A stretch of 64,000 nt of DNA, taken from assembly GCA_964400785.1 (NCBI GenBank), contig CAYNWB010000004.1, positions 677 through 64,676 on the forward strand. The letters run 5' to 3'. The notes beneath the pieces were generated by a model, which was not told the DNA's origin, made no database searches, and saw only the letters and a program-made list of their open reading frames with translations. Source of the DNA: an uncultured Actinomycetes bacterium. Its GTDB lineage: Bacteria > Actinomycetota > Actinomycetes > Jiangellales > Jiangellaceae. Both the position numbers and the translations under genes were made by a program. Shown one piece after another: positions 35,940-46,982 of this stretch; the stretch's first letter is position 1, and each line of letters opens with the position of its first letter.

Positions 35940-37019
35940 GTGCCACCGTTGCCAGTGTTCGCCGGGGTCGTCCCGCTCACCCGAGCGCTCTGCGACATCG
36001 AGTCCGTCAGTGGCGACGAGGAGCCGCTGGCCGACGCCGTGCAGCAGACGCTGGCACAGATCGGCGGCTGGCACGTGCTGCGGCACGGCAACGCGGTGGT
36101 CGCTCGTACCGACCTCGGCCGTGATCGGCGCGTCGTGCTCGCCGGCCACCTCGACACCGTGCCGGTGGCGGCGAACCTGCCGGCGCACCTCGACGGTGAC
36201 GAGCACACCGGCACGCTGCACGGCCGCGGCACCGTGGACATGAAGGGCGGCGTGGCCGTGATGCTGCGCCTGGCGTCCACACTCGCCGAGCCGGCGCACG
36301 ACGTGACCCTCGTGCTCTACGACTGCGAGGAGGTCGAGGCGACCCGCAACGGCCTCGGGCACCTGGTTCGTGAGCACCCCGGCTGGGTCGTGGGGGACGT
36401 CGCGGTGCTGCTGGAGCCCACCGACGGCCGCATCGAGGGCGGCTGCCAGGGCACGATGCGAGTGGAGGTCGTCGTGCCCGGCACGGCGGCCCACTCCGCC
36501 CGCGCCTGGCAGGGCACGAACGCGGTGCACGCCGCTGCTGAGGTGCTCGACCGGCTCGTTGCCTACCGTCCTCGCCACGTCGACGTGGACGGGCTGACGT
36601 ATCGCGAGGGCCTCAACGCCGTGCACATCCGCGGGGGGATAGCGGGCAACGTGATCCCCGACGAGTGTGTCGTGACCGTCAACTACCGGTTCGCCCCGGA
36701 CAAGGACGAGCAGGCCGCGCTGGCTCACGTGCGCGAGGTGTTCGACGGGTACGAGCTGCGGGTCACCGACAGCTCGCCGGGGGCCCGTCCCGGTCTGAAC
36801 CACCCCGCGGTGGCCTCCCTGGTGCGGGCGGCGGGCGAGCCCGTCGGCCCGAAGTACGGCTGGACCGACGTGGCCCGGTTCACCGCCCTGGGGGTGCCGG
36901 CCGTCAACTACGGCCCCGGCAACCCCGAGCTTGCCCACCGGGACGACGAGCACGTGCCCGTGGCGCAGCTGCGTCGCTGCGAGGACGTCCTCACCCGCTG
37001 GCTGTCGCAGGCCGACTAG
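35940..37019 (+). CDS. dapE: Succinyl-diaminopimelate desuccinylase (M20 family)
   Basis: [38 protein letters not shown] and LLEPTDG motifs. Start GTG 35940 (alternative GTG at 35955). Confidence 0.88.
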   Translation: MPPLPVFAGVVPLTRALCDIESVSGDEEPLADAVQQTLAQIGGWHVLRHGNAVVARTDLGRDRRVVLAGHLDTVPVAANLPAHLDGDEHTGTLHGRGTVDMKGGVAVMLRLASTLAEPAHDVTLVLYDCEEVEATRNGLGHLVREHPGWVVGDVAVLLEPTDGRIEGGCQGTMRVEVVVPGTAAHSARAWQGTNAVHAAAEVLDRLVAYRPRHVDVDGLTYREGLNAVHIRGGIAGNVIPDECVVTVNYRFAPDKDEQAALAHVREVFDGYELRVTDSSPGARPGLNHPAVASLVRAAGEPVGPKYGWTDVARFTALGVPAVNYGPGNPELAHRDDEHVPVAQLRRCEDVLTRWLSQAD

Positions 37020-37028
37020 CCTCGCCCG

Positions 37029-37865
37029 GTGACCGACGACCGCCCGGGCGGTGCCGCGCCCGACGACGACCCGATGGCCGACCCTGGTCTGGTGGCGCCT
37101 GCTCATCCCTCGGAACGACGCCGGGGCCGCATCACCCTGCGTCGCGACCAGGTCGAGCGCAGCACCACCGACCAGCGGCTGCTGGACTCCCGCGGCCCGA
37201 CCGACTGGGTGCACCAGGACCCGTGGCGGGTGCTGCGCATCCAGTCGGAGTTCGTCGAGGGCTTCGGCATGCTCGCCGAGCTCGGACGGGCCGTGAGCGT
37301 CTTCGGCTCCGCGCGCACCGACGCGGACGACGCCCGCTACGTCCAGGCACGCGAGCTGGGACGGCGTCTGGCCAGGGCGGGCTACGCGGTGATCACCGGT
37401 GGCGGGCCGGGGGTGATGGAGGGCGCCAACCGTGGAGCGGTGGACGTCGGAGGCGTGTCGGTCGGGCTCGGCATCGAGCTTCCCTTCGAGCAGCGCCTCA
37501 ACGACTGGGTCGACATCGGCATCAACTTTCGCTACTTCTTCGCGCGCAAGACGATGTTCCTCAAGTACTCGCAGGGTTTTGTGGTGTTCCCCGGCGGGTT
37601 CGGCACCATGGACGAGATGTTCGAGGCGCTGACGCTCACACAGACGGGCAAGGTGACGCAGTTCCCCGTGATCCTGGTCGGCTGCGACTACTGGTCGGGC
37701 CTGCTCGCGTGGCTGCGCGAGCAGGTGGCCGGCGTCGGCAACATCGACGTCGGCGACCTCGACCTGATCACGTGCACCGACGACCTCGACGAGGTGATGG
37801 ACGTGCTCATGCAGGCTGACGCGCAGCGGCAGACCCGTGACGAGGCCGAGCTGTACCGGCGCTGA
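37029..37865 (+). CDS. LOG family protein (TIGR00730 Rossmann fold; nucleotide phosphoribohydrolase)
   Basis: SVFGSAR, ITGGGPGVMEGANRGA and the PGGFGTMDEMFEALTL signature. Confidence 0.88.
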   Translation: MTDDRPGGAAPDDDPMADPGLVAPAHPSERRRGRITLRRDQVERSTTDQRLLDSRGPTDWVHQDPWRVLRIQSEFVEGFGMLAELGRAVSVFGSARTDADDARYVQARELGRRLARAGYAVITGGGPGVMEGANRGAVDVGGVSVGLGIELPFEQRLNDWVDIGINFRYFFARKTMFLKYSQGFVVFPGGFGTMDEMFEALTLTQTGKVTQFPVILVGCDYWSGLLAWLREQVAGVGNIDVGDLDLITCTDDLDEVMDVLMQADAQRQTRDEAELYRR

Positions 37866-37910
37866 CGCGCCACCACCACCGCGTCGGCTCCCGCGGGCGG
37901 GCAGGGCCGG

Positions 37911-38774
37911 TCAGGCGAGGCCGCGCCGCGCCACGCTGGGGGGACGCTCGCCCCGGATCGAGGCCACCATGTCGAGCACCTGCAGCGTCGGAGCGACCTC
38001 GTGAGCCCGGAACACCCGGGCGCCGTGCCACCGGGCGACGGCGGTGGCGGCGAGCGTGCCGGTGAGGCGATCGCCGACCGGGCGGTCGAGGGTCTCACCG
38101 ACGAAGTCCTTGTTCGACAGGCTCACGAGCACCGGCCAGCCTGTGCCCACCAGGGCGTCCAGGCGCCGGGTGAGCTCCAACGAGTGGTAGGTGTTCTTGC
38201 CGAAGTCGTGGGTGGGGTCGATCAGGATCCCGTCGGCACGGGCACCCAGAGCCACCGCTCGTCGTGCGAGCGCCACGACCCGCGACAGAACGTCCTGCAC
38301 CGCGTCGTCGTAGGCCACCCGGTGCGGACGCGAGCGCGGCGCCAGCGGCCCGACGTGGCTGCAGACCAGCCCGACACCGGTCTGCGCAGCGACCTCGGCG
38401 AGCCGGGGATCGGCGCCTGACCACGTGTCGTTGAGCAGAGCAGCCCCCGCCGCGGCCACCTCGACGGCCACGTCCGAGCGCCAGGTGTCCACGCTCACCG
38501 CGACGTCGGGGTGCCGCTCGGCCACGGTCGCGACGAACGGGACGACCCGCCGCATCTCCTCGGCCACGTCGACCTCGTCCCCGGGACCCGCCTTGACGCC
38601 GCCGACGTCGACGATGCGCGCCCCCTGCGAGACCACCTCGTCCACGCGCTCGAGCGCGGCGGAGGCTGCATAGGTGGCCCCTCGGTCGTAGAACGAGTCC
38701 GGGGTGCGGTTGATGATCGCCATCACGGCATGCTCACCCTCGCCGAGGGTCACCGGTCCCAGTCGCAGCGACAC
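37911..38774 (-). CDS. folP: Dihydropteroate synthase homologue (FolP2-like position)
   Basis: GGGAGGA SD then GTG 38774. VMAIINRTPDSFYDRG, IVDVGGVKAGPG, NDTWSG and DPTHDFGK motifs. Confidence 0.85.
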   Translation of the reverse strand: MSLRLGPVTLGEGEHAVMAIINRTPDSFYDRGATYAASAALERVDEVVSQGARIVDVGGVKAGPGDEVDVAEEMRRVVPFVATVAERHPDVAVSVDTWRSDVAVEVAAAGAALLNDTWSGADPRLAEVAAQTGVGLVCSHVGPLAPRSRPHRVAYDDAVQDVLSRVVALARRAVALGARADGILIDPTHDFGKNTYHSLELTRRLDALVGTGWPVLVSLSNKDFVGETLDRPVGDRLTGTLAATAVARWHGARVFRAHEVAPTLQVLDMVASIRGERPPSVARRGLA

Positions 38775-38833
38775 CAGAGTCCTCCCTGCTCCCGAGGGGG
38801 CGCGGCCCCTGCTCGCGTGGGACGATCGGCTCC

Positions 38834-39310
38834 ATGAGCGCAACCTTCGAGGTGTCGGTGCCGGTCGCCGCCCCTGCGCAGGCTACGTGGTCGGTGCTCA
38901 CCGACTGGGGCCGGCAGTCGGAGTGGGCAGTGCTGACGAGCACGCGCGGCATCGGCCCGACGGGAGGCCGGGCGCTCGGTGAGCAGGTGCACGCATTCAC
39001 CGGCATCGGCCGCGTCGGTTTTCTCGACACCATGGTCATCGAGCGGTGGGAGCCGCCACGGCTGTGCCGGGTGCGCAAGACCGGTCGCGTCGTGCGTGGT
39101 GCGGCCGAGTTCGCCGTCGAGCCGGTGGGTGAGGCCGCGTCACGGGTGACCTACCGCGCCGAGGTGCAGCTTCCCGGTGGCCGCGTCGGCATGTGGGTCT
39201 GGCCGCTCGTGCGGGCCGGGTTCGCCGCCGGGTTCACCCGCTCGCTGGCCTCGCTCGCCAGGATCGTGGAGCGGGAGCAGTCCGCGGTGGGCTCCCCGTC
39301 GGCTCGGTGA
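38834..39310 (+). CDS. SRPBCC (polyketide cyclase/dehydrase-like) family protein
   Basis: MSATFEVSVPVAAPAQATWSVLTDWGRQSEW.. is the typical SRPBCC N-terminus. 158 aa. Confidence 0.7.
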   Translation: MSATFEVSVPVAAPAQATWSVLTDWGRQSEWAVLTSTRGIGPTGGRALGEQVHAFTGIGRVGFLDTMVIERWEPPRLCRVRKTGRVVRGAAEFAVEPVGEAASRVTYRAEVQLPGGRVGMWVWPLVRAGFAAGFTRSLASLARIVEREQSAVGSPSAR

Positions 39311-39921
39311 ACGACTGGTCGACGCGGCGGGCCGAGCCCGGACCGGACGGACGGCTGCGCTGCCCGTGGGTCGCGGGGGCGAAGGCCCCGGCCGACTACG
39401 TGGCCTACCACGACCACGAGTGGGGCCGTGCCGTGCACGGCGACTCGGCGGTGCTGGAGCGCATCGTGCTGGAGGGCTTCCAGTCCGGCCTGTCGTGGTT
39501 GACGATCCTGCGCAAGCGCCCCGCGTTTCGCACAGCCTTCGCCGGTTTCGACCCCCGCGCCCTGTCGCTGCTCACCGAGCACGACGTCGACCGGCTCATG
39601 ACACACGCCGGGATCGTGCGCCACCGCCGCAAGATCGAGGCGGCCATCACCAACGGCCGTGCCGCCGCCGCCTTGCTCGAGCGGGACGGCGAGGGTGCCC
39701 TGGACCGACTGTTCTGGTCGTTCGCGCCGCCGACCCCGCCGGCCGCTGCCCCTGCCACGCTCGGCGAGGTGCCGACGACGACACCGGAGTCGACCGCCCT
39801 GGCCTCGGCCCTCAAGCGCGCAGGTTTCGTCTTCGTGGGACCGACGACGGCCTACGCGGCGATGCAGGCGTGCGGGCTCGTCAACGACCACCTCACCGGC
39901 TGCCTCGCTCGTGAGGGATAA
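39307..39921 (+). CDS. tag: DNA-3-methyladenine glycosylase I
   Basis: GTG 39307 overlaps the previous stop (GTGA). RCPWV, YHDHEWG, LEGFQSGLSWLTILRKR and VGPTTAYAAMQACGLVNDH motifs. Confidence 0.9.
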   Translation: MNDWSTRRAEPGPDGRLRCPWVAGAKAPADYVAYHDHEWGRAVHGDSAVLERIVLEGFQSGLSWLTILRKRPAFRTAFAGFDPRALSLLTEHDVDRLMTHAGIVRHRRKIEAAITNGRAAAALLERDGEGALDRLFWSFAPPTPPAAAPATLGEVPTTTPESTALASALKRAGFVFVGPTTAYAAMQACGLVNDHLTGCLAREG

Positions 39922-39963
39922 TGGCCGTCGAGGCATCGTCGATCATGAGAAGGGGAGCGCACT

Positions 39964-40134
39964 ATGGCGGCAATGAAGCCGCGGACGGGCGACGGTCCGC
40001 TCGAAGTGACGAAAGAAGGCCGGGGCCTGGTCATGCGCGTCCCTCTCGAAGGGGGCGGGCGGCTCGTCGTCGAGATCAACGCCGACGAGGCGAACGCCTT
40101 GGGTGACGCCCTGAAGGCTGCCGCAGCGCTGTAG
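39964..40134 (+). CDS. DUF3117 mini-protein (56 aa; M. tuberculosis Rv1211-like)
   Basis: Below the ORF-track size cut-off. AAGGGGA SD then ATG 39964. MAAMKPRTGDGPLEVTKEGRGLVMRVPLEGGGRLVVEINADEANALGDALKAAAAL, stop TAG 40132-40134. Confidence 0.8.
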   Translation: MAAMKPRTGDGPLEVTKEGRGLVMRVPLEGGGRLVVEINADEANALGDALKAAAAL

Positions 40135-40179
40135 CCACCACGGTGTCGGCCGCCCCCGGGGCGGCTGGCACCGTCGCCC

Positions 40180-41352
40180 TCAGGACACGACGCTGCGGTA
40201 CACCTGCAGCGTCTCGGCGGCGATGGAGGGCCAGCTGAAGGCCTCGACGGCGCGGCGCCGCCCCGCGCGTCCCATCTGTGCCGCCCGGTCGGGTCGGGCC
40301 ACGAGCTCGTTGATCTCCTCCGCCAACCCCGCCTCGAACGCGTCGGGGTCGCGTACGTCGTAGTGCACCAGCACGCCGGTCTCCCCGTGCGCGACGACCT
40401 CGGGGATGCCCCCCACGTCGCTGGCCACGACGGCCGTCTCGCACCCCATGGCCTCGAGGTTGACGATGCCCTGGGGCTCGTAGATGGACGGGCAGACGAA
40501 CACCGTGGCGTGCGTGAGCACCTGTCGAACCTGCTCGCGGGGCAGCATCTCCGACACCCACACGACGCCGGTGCGCTCGGCCGTCAGCGTCTGCACCGCC
40601 TGCTCGGTCTCGGCCGCCAGCTCGGGTGTGTCGGGGGCCCCGGCCAGCAGCACGAGCTGCGCGTCCGGGTCGACCTGCCGCATCGCCCGCAGCAGGTGCG
40701 GCACCCCCTTCTGGCGGGTGATCCGCCCGACGAAGGCGACGGAGGGTCGGGTCGGGTCGACGCCGAGGCGTTCGAGCACGTCGGTGTCGGTGTCGGGACG
40801 GTAGAAGTCTGCGTCGATCCCGTTGTGCACCACGCGCACCTTCGCGGGGTCGACCCGCGGGTAGGCCGACAGGACGTCCTCACGCATGGCGTGACTCACG
40901 GCGATGATCGCGTCAGCGCCCTCGTAGGCCGTGCGTTCGGCGAAGCTCGACAGCCGGTACCCGCCGCCGAGCTGCTCGGCCTTCCAGGGCCGCAGCGGCT
41001 CAAGCGAGTGGGCGGTGACCACGTGCGGACGCCCGTGCAGCAGGGCTCCGACGTGGCCGGCCAGGTTCGTGTACCAGGTGTGCGAGTGCAGCACGTCCGG
41101 CTCGCCGTCCCGCCCCGACAGGTGAGCCAGCACGAGGTCGGTCGACAGCTGGCTGAGGGCCGCGTTGGCGTCCGGCATGCGCGGGTCGGTCTCGGCCGCG
41201 CAGGTCGCCCCCGGACGGTCCGGCCCCGAGCACAGCACGTCGACGGTCACCTCGGGCTGTGCCCGTAGCGCCGGGACGAGGTGGTCGACATGGACACCGG
41301 CGCCTCCGTAGACGTACGGGGGGAACTCTCGGGTGATCAGGGCGACGCGCAT
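40180..41352 (-). CDS. glgA: GT4 glycogen synthase / alpha-maltose-1-phosphate synthase (GlgA/GlgM type)
   Basis: ATG 41352. [25 protein letters not shown] start and the [11 protein letters not shown] motif of retaining GT-B enzymes. Confidence 0.88.
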   Translation of the reverse strand: MRVALITREFPPYVYGGAGVHVDHLVPALRAQPEVTVDVLCSGPDRPGATCAAETDPRMPDANAALSQLSTDLVLAHLSGRDGEPDVLHSHTWYTNLAGHVGALLHGRPHVVTAHSLEPLRPWKAEQLGGGYRLSSFAERTAYEGADAIIAVSHAMREDVLSAYPRVDPAKVRVVHNGIDADFYRPDTDTDVLERLGVDPTRPSVAFVGRITRQKGVPHLLRAMRQVDPDAQLVLLAGAPDTPELAAETEQAVQTLTAERTGVVWVSEMLPREQVRQVLTHATVFVCPSIYEPQGIVNLEAMGCETAVVASDVGGIPEVVAHGETGVLVHYDVRDPDAFEAGLAEEINELVARPDRAAQMGRAGRRRAVEAFSWPSIAAETLQVYRSVVS

Positions 41353-41375
41353 GGGATGACAGTAGGGTGCCAAGC

Positions 41376-42602
41376 ATGGCGCGTGGTGGCAGACGAGTGC
41401 TCGGTATCGTCCTGGCCGGCGGGGAGGGCAAGCGCCTGATGCCGCTGACTGCCGACCGGGCCAAGCCGGCGGTCCCCTTCGGCGGCTCCTACCGGCTCAT
41501 CGACTTCGTGCTGTCGAACCTGGTCAACGGCGGCCTGGACCGCATCGCTGTGCTCACGCAGTACAAGTCGCACTCCCTCGACCGGCACATCTCGCTGACG
41601 TGGCGGATGAGCAACATCCTCGGCCAGTACGTCACCCCCGTCCCGGCACAGCAACGTCTGGGCCCGCGGTGGTTCCAGGGCAGCGCGGACGCGATCTTCC
41701 AGTCGCTGAACCTCGTCTACGACGACGAGCCCGACTACGTGGTCGTCTTCGGTGCCGACAACGTCTACCGCATGGACCCGTCGCAGATGATCGCGGCGCA
41801 CATCGAGTCGGGCGCCGGGCTGACGGTCGCCGGCATCCGCGTGCCCCGCAGCGAGGCCAGCGCCTTCGGCATCATCCAGACCACGGACGGCACGACGATC
41901 GACCAGTTCTTGGAGAAGCCGGCTGACCCGCCCGCGGTTCCCGACGACCCGGACGCGAGCTACGCCTCGATGGGCAACTACGTCTTCACCACCGACGCCC
42001 TGCTCGACGCCCTGCAGATCGACGCCGGGGACGAGGGGTCGGTGCACGACATGGGCGGCAGCATCGTGCCGATGCTGGTCGATCGCGGGGAGGCGGCGGT
42101 CTACGACTTCAGCAACAACCGCGTGCCCGGCTCCACCCCACGCGACCACGCGTACTGGCGCGACGTCGGCACGTTGAAGATGTACCACGAGGCCCACATG
42201 GACCTGGTGTCCATCGACCCGATGTTCAACCTCTACAACCGGGACTGGCCGATCCTGACCAGCCACCCCCAGCTGCCCGGTGCCAAGTTCGTCCAGGGCG
42301 GCACCGCGCGCGAGTCGATCGTCGGGCTCGGCTGCATCCTGTCCGGGTCGTTCGTCGACCACAGCGTGCTCTCGCCCGGGGTGCGGGTCGCCGAGGGCGC
42401 CACGGTGTCGAACTCGGTGATCATGTCGGGCTCACGCATCGGGGCGGGCGCCGTGATCCGCAACGCCATCCTCGACAAGGCGATCGACGTGCCGGCCGGC
42501 GCCAGCATCGGCGTGGACCACCACCACGACCGAGAGCGGGGCTTCACGGTGAGCGCGGAGGGCATCGTGGCCCTGGGCAAGGGTCAGAAGGTCGAGCTCT
42601 GA
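41376..42602 (+). CDS. glgC: Glucose-1-phosphate adenylyltransferase
   Basis: [36 protein letters not shown] and a left-handed beta-helix C-terminus. Divergent from glgA. Confidence 0.92.
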   Translation: MARGGRRVLGIVLAGGEGKRLMPLTADRAKPAVPFGGSYRLIDFVLSNLVNGGLDRIAVLTQYKSHSLDRHISLTWRMSNILGQYVTPVPAQQRLGPRWFQGSADAIFQSLNLVYDDEPDYVVVFGADNVYRMDPSQMIAAHIESGAGLTVAGIRVPRSEASAFGIIQTTDGTTIDQFLEKPADPPAVPDDPDASYASMGNYVFTTDALLDALQIDAGDEGSVHDMGGSIVPMLVDRGEAAVYDFSNNRVPGSTPRDHAYWRDVGTLKMYHEAHMDLVSIDPMFNLYNRDWPILTSHPQLPGAKFVQGGTARESIVGLGCILSGSFVDHSVLSPGVRVAEGATVSNSVIMSGSRIGAGAVIRNAILDKAIDVPAGASIGVDHHHDRERGFTVSAEGIVALGKGQKVEL

Positions 42603-42678
42603 CGCCAGCCCGTCGGCGGGAGCACTCGTGACCGGCTGGAGGAGTCAGGTCGTGCGGGGGACCGGAGGATGACGGAGC

Positions 42679-44112
42679 ATGCCTAGTCCGGTCGTGAGGG
42701 CCTCGCCGGTGGCGCAGGAGGCGCTGCGGCCGGCCCTGGAGGCTGTCCGGCTCGAGCACGAGGTGCCCACGGGTTTTCCGAGCGAGGTGCTGGCCGAGGC
42801 GGACGCGGCGGCCCTGTCTGCGGACGTGTCGTCGCTGCCCGTGGTCGACCTGCCGTTCGTCACCATCGACCCACTCGGCTCGACCGACCTGGACCAGGCG
42901 CTGCACCTGCAGGCTCGGCCCGGGGGCGGCTGGCGCGTCTGCTACGCCATCGCCGACCTCGCTGCCTTCGTCCCGCCCAGCGGTGCGGTGGCGGCAGAGG
43001 CCTGGAGCAGGGTCTTCACGGTGTACTGCCCGGACCGTCGCATCCCGCTTCACCCCTCGGTCATCTCCGAGCAGGCCGCCTCGTTGTGGCCGGACGGAGA
43101 CCGGCCGGCGATCGTCTGGACGATCGACCTCGATCGGGACGGGGAGAGCGTCGCGGTGGACGTGCGCCGGGGCCTCGTGCGAAGCCGGGCGAAGCTGGAC
43201 TATGCGGACGTGCAGCAACGCATCGACGACGGTACGGCGGGCGAGATGCTCGCGCTGCTGCCCGACATCGGGCGGGTTCTGTCCGATGCCCAGCTGGCGC
43301 GGGGAGGAGCCTCGCTGCCGATCCCTGACCAGCAGGTGGTCGAGGACACCGACGGGTACCGGCTTGTGTACCGCCTGCCGCTGCCGGTCGAGGACTGGAA
43401 CGCCCAGCTGTCGCTGCTCACCGGTCGGGCAGCAGCCCGGCTCATGCTCGACGGCGGGGTCGGAGTGCTGCGCTCGATGCCTGCCGCGTCGCAGAAGGAC
43501 GAGCAGCGGCTGCGTCGGGTCGGCCGCGCCCTGCAGATCGAGTGGCCGGACGACCTGCCGTACGGCCAGATGGTGAACCGGCTCGGGCCGGCGCGCAGCT
43601 CCCGGACGGCGGCGTTCCTGACCGAGGCCACGTCGCTGTTCCGGGGCGCGGCGTACCAGGCCTTCGACGGCTCGCCCCCCGCCCAGGTCGAGCACGCGGC
43701 CATCGCTGCCCCCTACACCCACTGCACGGCCCCCATCCGACGACTGGTGGACCGGTTCTCCTCCCAGGTCTGCCTGGCCATCTCCGCAGGGTCGGCCGTC
43801 CCCGGCTGGGTACGCGCGGCGCTGCCACTGCTGCCGGAACGGATGAGCACGGGCGGGCGTCGTGTGCGTGCGATCGAGCGCGAGAGCCTGGACGCGGTCG
43901 AGGCCGCCGTCCTGCGACCGTTGGCGGGGCAGCACCTCGCAGCAACCGTGACCGAGGTGCGCGACGAACGCCGGGGTGAGGTCGCCGTCGCCGACCCCGC
44001 CGTCATCGCACCATGCTCCGGGTCGCTCACCCTCGGCGAGCAGGTGCTGGTGCGCCTCGACGAGCAGGCTCTCGCCCAGGGCCGGGTGAGGCTCGTCGCG
44101 GTGTCCGGCTGA
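42679..44112 (+). CDS. RNB domain-containing ribonuclease (RNase II/R family, no obvious S1/CSD)
   Basis: FVTIDPLGSTDLDQALH, VYCPDRRIPLHP and APYTHCTAPIRRLVDR are the RNB catalytic motifs. Confidence 0.82.
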   Translation: MPSPVVRASPVAQEALRPALEAVRLEHEVPTGFPSEVLAEADAAALSADVSSLPVVDLPFVTIDPLGSTDLDQALHLQARPGGGWRVCYAIADLAAFVPPSGAVAAEAWSRVFTVYCPDRRIPLHPSVISEQAASLWPDGDRPAIVWTIDLDRDGESVAVDVRRGLVRSRAKLDYADVQQRIDDGTAGEMLALLPDIGRVLSDAQLARGGASLPIPDQQVVEDTDGYRLVYRLPLPVEDWNAQLSLLTGRAAARLMLDGGVGVLRSMPAASQKDEQRLRRVGRALQIEWPDDLPYGQMVNRLGPARSSRTAAFLTEATSLFRGAAYQAFDGSPPAQVEHAAIAAPYTHCTAPIRRLVDRFSSQVCLAISAGSAVPGWVRAALPLLPERMSTGGRRVRAIERESLDAVEAAVLRPLAGQHLAATVTEVRDERRGEVAVADPAVIAPCSGSLTLGEQVLVRLDEQALAQGRVRLVAVSG

Positions 44113-44170
44113 CCGGGCGACCGGCGGCGGCACCGTTCGCCCTCGGGCGCGGCGCTGCTGGCGGAGCCTG

Positions 44171-44851
44171 CTACCGCTTGACGGCGGCGAGCAGCCCGTC
44201 GCCCATCGGCAGCAGCACCGGCACGACTCGCTCGTCGTCGCGCAGTGCCTTGCCCAGCTCGCGGATGGCGACGGTCTCGGCATCGCGCTGGGCGGGGTCG
44301 GCCACCTTGTCGTGCCACAGAGCGTTGTCGAAGGCCACCACACCACCGGTGCGCAGCAGCCTCATCGCGTGCTCGAAGTACTCGGCGTACTCGGTCTTGT
44401 CGCCGTCGCAGTGCACGAGGTCGTAGTCGCCGTCCTTGAGCCGAGGGAGCACGTCGAGGGCTCGTCCTGGGATCAGCCGCAGTCGCGTGTGCGAGACCCC
44501 CTCCTCGGTGAACGCCTGCTTGGCCAGGCGCTGGTGCTCGCCCTCGCGGTCGATGGTGGTCAGGATGCCGTCCGGCGCCATCCCGCGCAGCATCCACAGC
44601 CCGGAGACACCGGTGCCGGTGCCGATCTCCACGACCTTGCGCGCGTGCAGGGCCGCGGCGACGAAGCGCAGCGTCGCCCCCACGCCCTCACCGACGGGGA
44701 CGACGCCGACCTCGTCGGCACGTGCCCGGGCGCGGGCCACGATCTCGTCCTCGGAGAGGAAGCCGTCAGCGTAGGCCCAGGTCGCTGGCTTGGGCACGGG
44801 GCTGGTGGTAGCGATGGCAGTCTCCCCTCGGTTCGACGAGCAGTGGGGCAA
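44171..44851 (-). CDS. Class I SAM-dependent O-methyltransferase (family 3, caffeoyl-CoA OMT-like)
   Basis: VVEIGTGTGVSGLWM (motif I), DLVHCDGDK and GGVVAFDNALW. The track start is a TTG; GTG 44797 is an in-frame alternative. Confidence 0.82.
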   Translation of the reverse strand: MPHCSSNRGETAIATTSPVPKPATWAYADGFLSEDEIVARARARADEVGVVPVGEGVGATLRFVAAALHARKVVEIGTGTGVSGLWMLRGMAPDGILTTIDREGEHQRLAKQAFTEEGVSHTRLRLIPGRALDVLPRLKDGDYDLVHCDGDKTEYAEYFEHAMRLLRTGGVVAFDNALWHDKVADPAQRDAETVAIRELGKALRDDERVVPVLLPMGDGLLAAVKR

Positions 44852-45033
44852 GCCTATCCACCCATGGGCAGGTCAGGTGCCCAGCAGTGGCCCGAGCGGG
44901 GCCGTGTCCGGACGTGAACGCTTCGTCAGGCCGTGTCAGGGTTCTGTGAAACCGGGGCACCTGGCTGGCGGTGCGGGGCTCGGGGCGGGAGCATTGATCC
45001 AGTTCACGACCCGACGGTGGCAAGGAGAGAGCG

Positions 45034-45660
45034 ATGTCGTCCGCAGCAGCGGTGCCGGCGCCCGAGGCGTGGCAGCCTCCGAGCTGGGACGACATCGTGA
45101 GCGAGCACAGCGCTCGGATCTACCGCTGGGCATACCGCCTGACCGGCAACGCGCACGACGCCGAGGACCTGACCCAGGACGTGTTCGTCCGGGTGTTCCG
45201 GTCGTTGTCGACGTACCGACCGGGCTCGTTCGAGGGGTGGCTGCACCGGATCACCACCAACCTCTTCCTGGACGGTGTGCGCCGCACGTCACGTGCCCGC
45301 ACGTGGCCGCTGGACGAGGTGTCCGCTGCGCACAGGCTTGCTGCCAGCGATCCCGACCCGGGTCAGGCGGCGCACGACGCGCGGCTCGACGCAGACCTGC
45401 AGGCTGCCCTCGACGCGCTCTCGCCCGAGTTCAGGGCGGTGGTGCTGCTGGCCGACCTGGACGGGCGCTCCTACGACGAGATCAGCCGCCTGCTCGGCAT
45501 CAAGTCCGGCACCGTCCGCAGTCGTCTGCACCGCGGTCGACGGCAGCTGCGCGCAGCCCTGGCGCATCGGGAGCACCGCCCGTTGGCCTCGGTGGAAGCA
45601 CCAGGGGCACCCAGACGTTCTCACCATGAGCGCAACGCCGAGAGGGACCACGATGACTGA
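45034..45660 (+). CDS. sigE: ECF RNA polymerase sigma factor SigE
   Basis: AAGGAGAGAG SD. Region 2 [26 protein letters not shown]. Region 4 [27 protein letters not shown]. His/Arg-rich 40-aa tail. Confidence 0.88.
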   Translation: MSSAAAVPAPEAWQPPSWDDIVSEHSARIYRWAYRLTGNAHDAEDLTQDVFVRVFRSLSTYRPGSFEGWLHRITTNLFLDGVRRTSRARTWPLDEVSAAHRLAASDPDPGQAAHDARLDADLQAALDALSPEFRAVVLLADLDGRSYDEISRLLGIKSGTVRSRLHRGRRQLRAALAHREHRPLASVEAPGAPRRSHHERNAERDHDD

Positions 45661-46960
45661 CGTCACCACGCCACCACCGGGCACCACCCCTGGACCGCCC
45701 GTCGACGGCTGGTGGTCCCGTCCACCGACGGCGGACGGCACATCGACGAGTGCTGCGTCCGAGCACGACGCATCGGCCACGCGACCCGTTCCCACCTACT
45801 CTGCGGCGGAGCCGGACCCGTGGCGGCTCGCACCCGCCGCCGACGGCCACCCCGGAGTCGGCCAGAGGACTGCCCCGGACCTGGTGTCGGCAGCTCGGGC
45901 ACCCAAGCGGGCGCCGGGATGGCTCGCCCTGGCCGCCGCCGCGCTGGCGGCGGGTCTGGTGGGCGGCCTGCTCGGCGCGCAGCTGACCCCGGAGCCGGCG
46001 TCGCCCGCCAGTGCCTCGGACACCACCGGTACCGCCGTGCTCGACCCGGTCGAACCGAGCGCACGCGCCCCGGAGTCCGTCGCGGGCATCGCCACGGCCG
46101 CCCTGCCCAGCGTCGTCTCGATCAGCACGGCGACCGGCAGCGGGTCGGGTTTCGTCATCGACGACGACGGCTACCTCATCACGAACAACCACGTGATCGC
46201 CGACTCCGGCGAGCGGGGGGTGCAGGTCTCGCTCCAGGACGGGCGCACCGCCGAGGCCACGATCGTCGGCACGAGCCCCGCCTACGACCTGGCTGTGCTG
46301 GAGGTCGACCTGACCGGTATCGACCCCCTGGCCCTGGGCGACTCCGACGAGGTCGTCGTGGGTGACCCTGTCGTCGCTGTCGGCAGCCCTCTGGGCCTGG
46401 ACGGCACGGTGACGTCGGGCATCGTGTCGGCCACCGACCGCCCGGTGACAGCCGGTGGGCAGGGTGAGGTCAGCTTCATCAACGCCATCCAGACCGACGC
46501 TGCGATCAACCCCGGCAACTCCGGTGGTCCGCTTCTCGACGGCAGCGGCCGCGTGATCGGCATCAACTCATCGATCGCCGCGCTCGGCACCTCGTTCGGG
46601 GAGCAGGCAGGCTCGATCGGGCTCGGCTTTGCGATCCCCATCAACCAGGCACGGCTGACCGCGGAGCAGATCATCGCCACCGGGGAGGCGGAGTACCCGA
46701 TCATCGGGGCCACCCTCGACGTGGGTGAGCCCGGCCAGGGCGCCATCATCGCCTCGGTGGTGCCCGGCGGACCCGCCGAGCAGGTCGGGCTGCAGCCCGG
46801 CGATCGTGTGGTGGCGCTCAATGGCGGGGTGGTACGTGGAGCAGACGAGCTGATCGTGGCTATCCGCGCACGGCAGCCAGGAGATAACGTGACGCTCACC
46901 GTGGCCCGCAACGGCACCGAGCAGCAGGTCGACGTCACGCTCGGCGCTCGGGTGGGCTGA
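45653..46960 (+). CDS. htrA: Membrane-anchored S1C serine protease with PDZ domain (HtrA/PepD-like)
   Basis: GAGAGGGA SD, ATG 45653 overlapping the sigE end by 8 nt. Pro/Thr-rich cytoplasmic head, [21 protein letters not shown]. Catalytic [22 protein letters not shown]-terminal PDZ ([16 protein letters not shown]). Confidence 0.88.
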   Translation: MTDVTTPPPGTTPGPPVDGWWSRPPTADGTSTSAASEHDASATRPVPTYSAAEPDPWRLAPAADGHPGVGQRTAPDLVSAARAPKRAPGWLALAAAALAAGLVGGLLGAQLTPEPASPASASDTTGTAVLDPVEPSARAPESVAGIATAALPSVVSISTATGSGSGFVIDDDGYLITNNHVIADSGERGVQVSLQDGRTAEATIVGTSPAYDLAVLEVDLTGIDPLALGDSDEVVVGDPVVAVGSPLGLDGTVTSGIVSATDRPVTAGGQGEVSFINAIQTDAAINPGNSGGPLLDGSGRVIGINSSIAALGTSFGEQAGSIGLGFAIPINQARLTAEQIIATGEAEYPIIGATLDVGEPGQGAIIASVVPGGPAEQVGLQPGDRVVALNGGVVRGADELIVAIRARQPGDNVTLTVARNGTEQQVDVTLGARVG

Positions 46961-46982
46961 CCCCGGCGCGTAGGGAGCGATC

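Noticed and set aside
44852-45033. ECF-type autoregulated promoter upstream of sigE (GTGAAC..N15..GTC around 44915-44945)
   Set aside because: It matches only a loose GAAC/GTC pattern with uncertain spacing. I cannot distinguish it from chance in 180 nt without a position weight matrix or a TSS.
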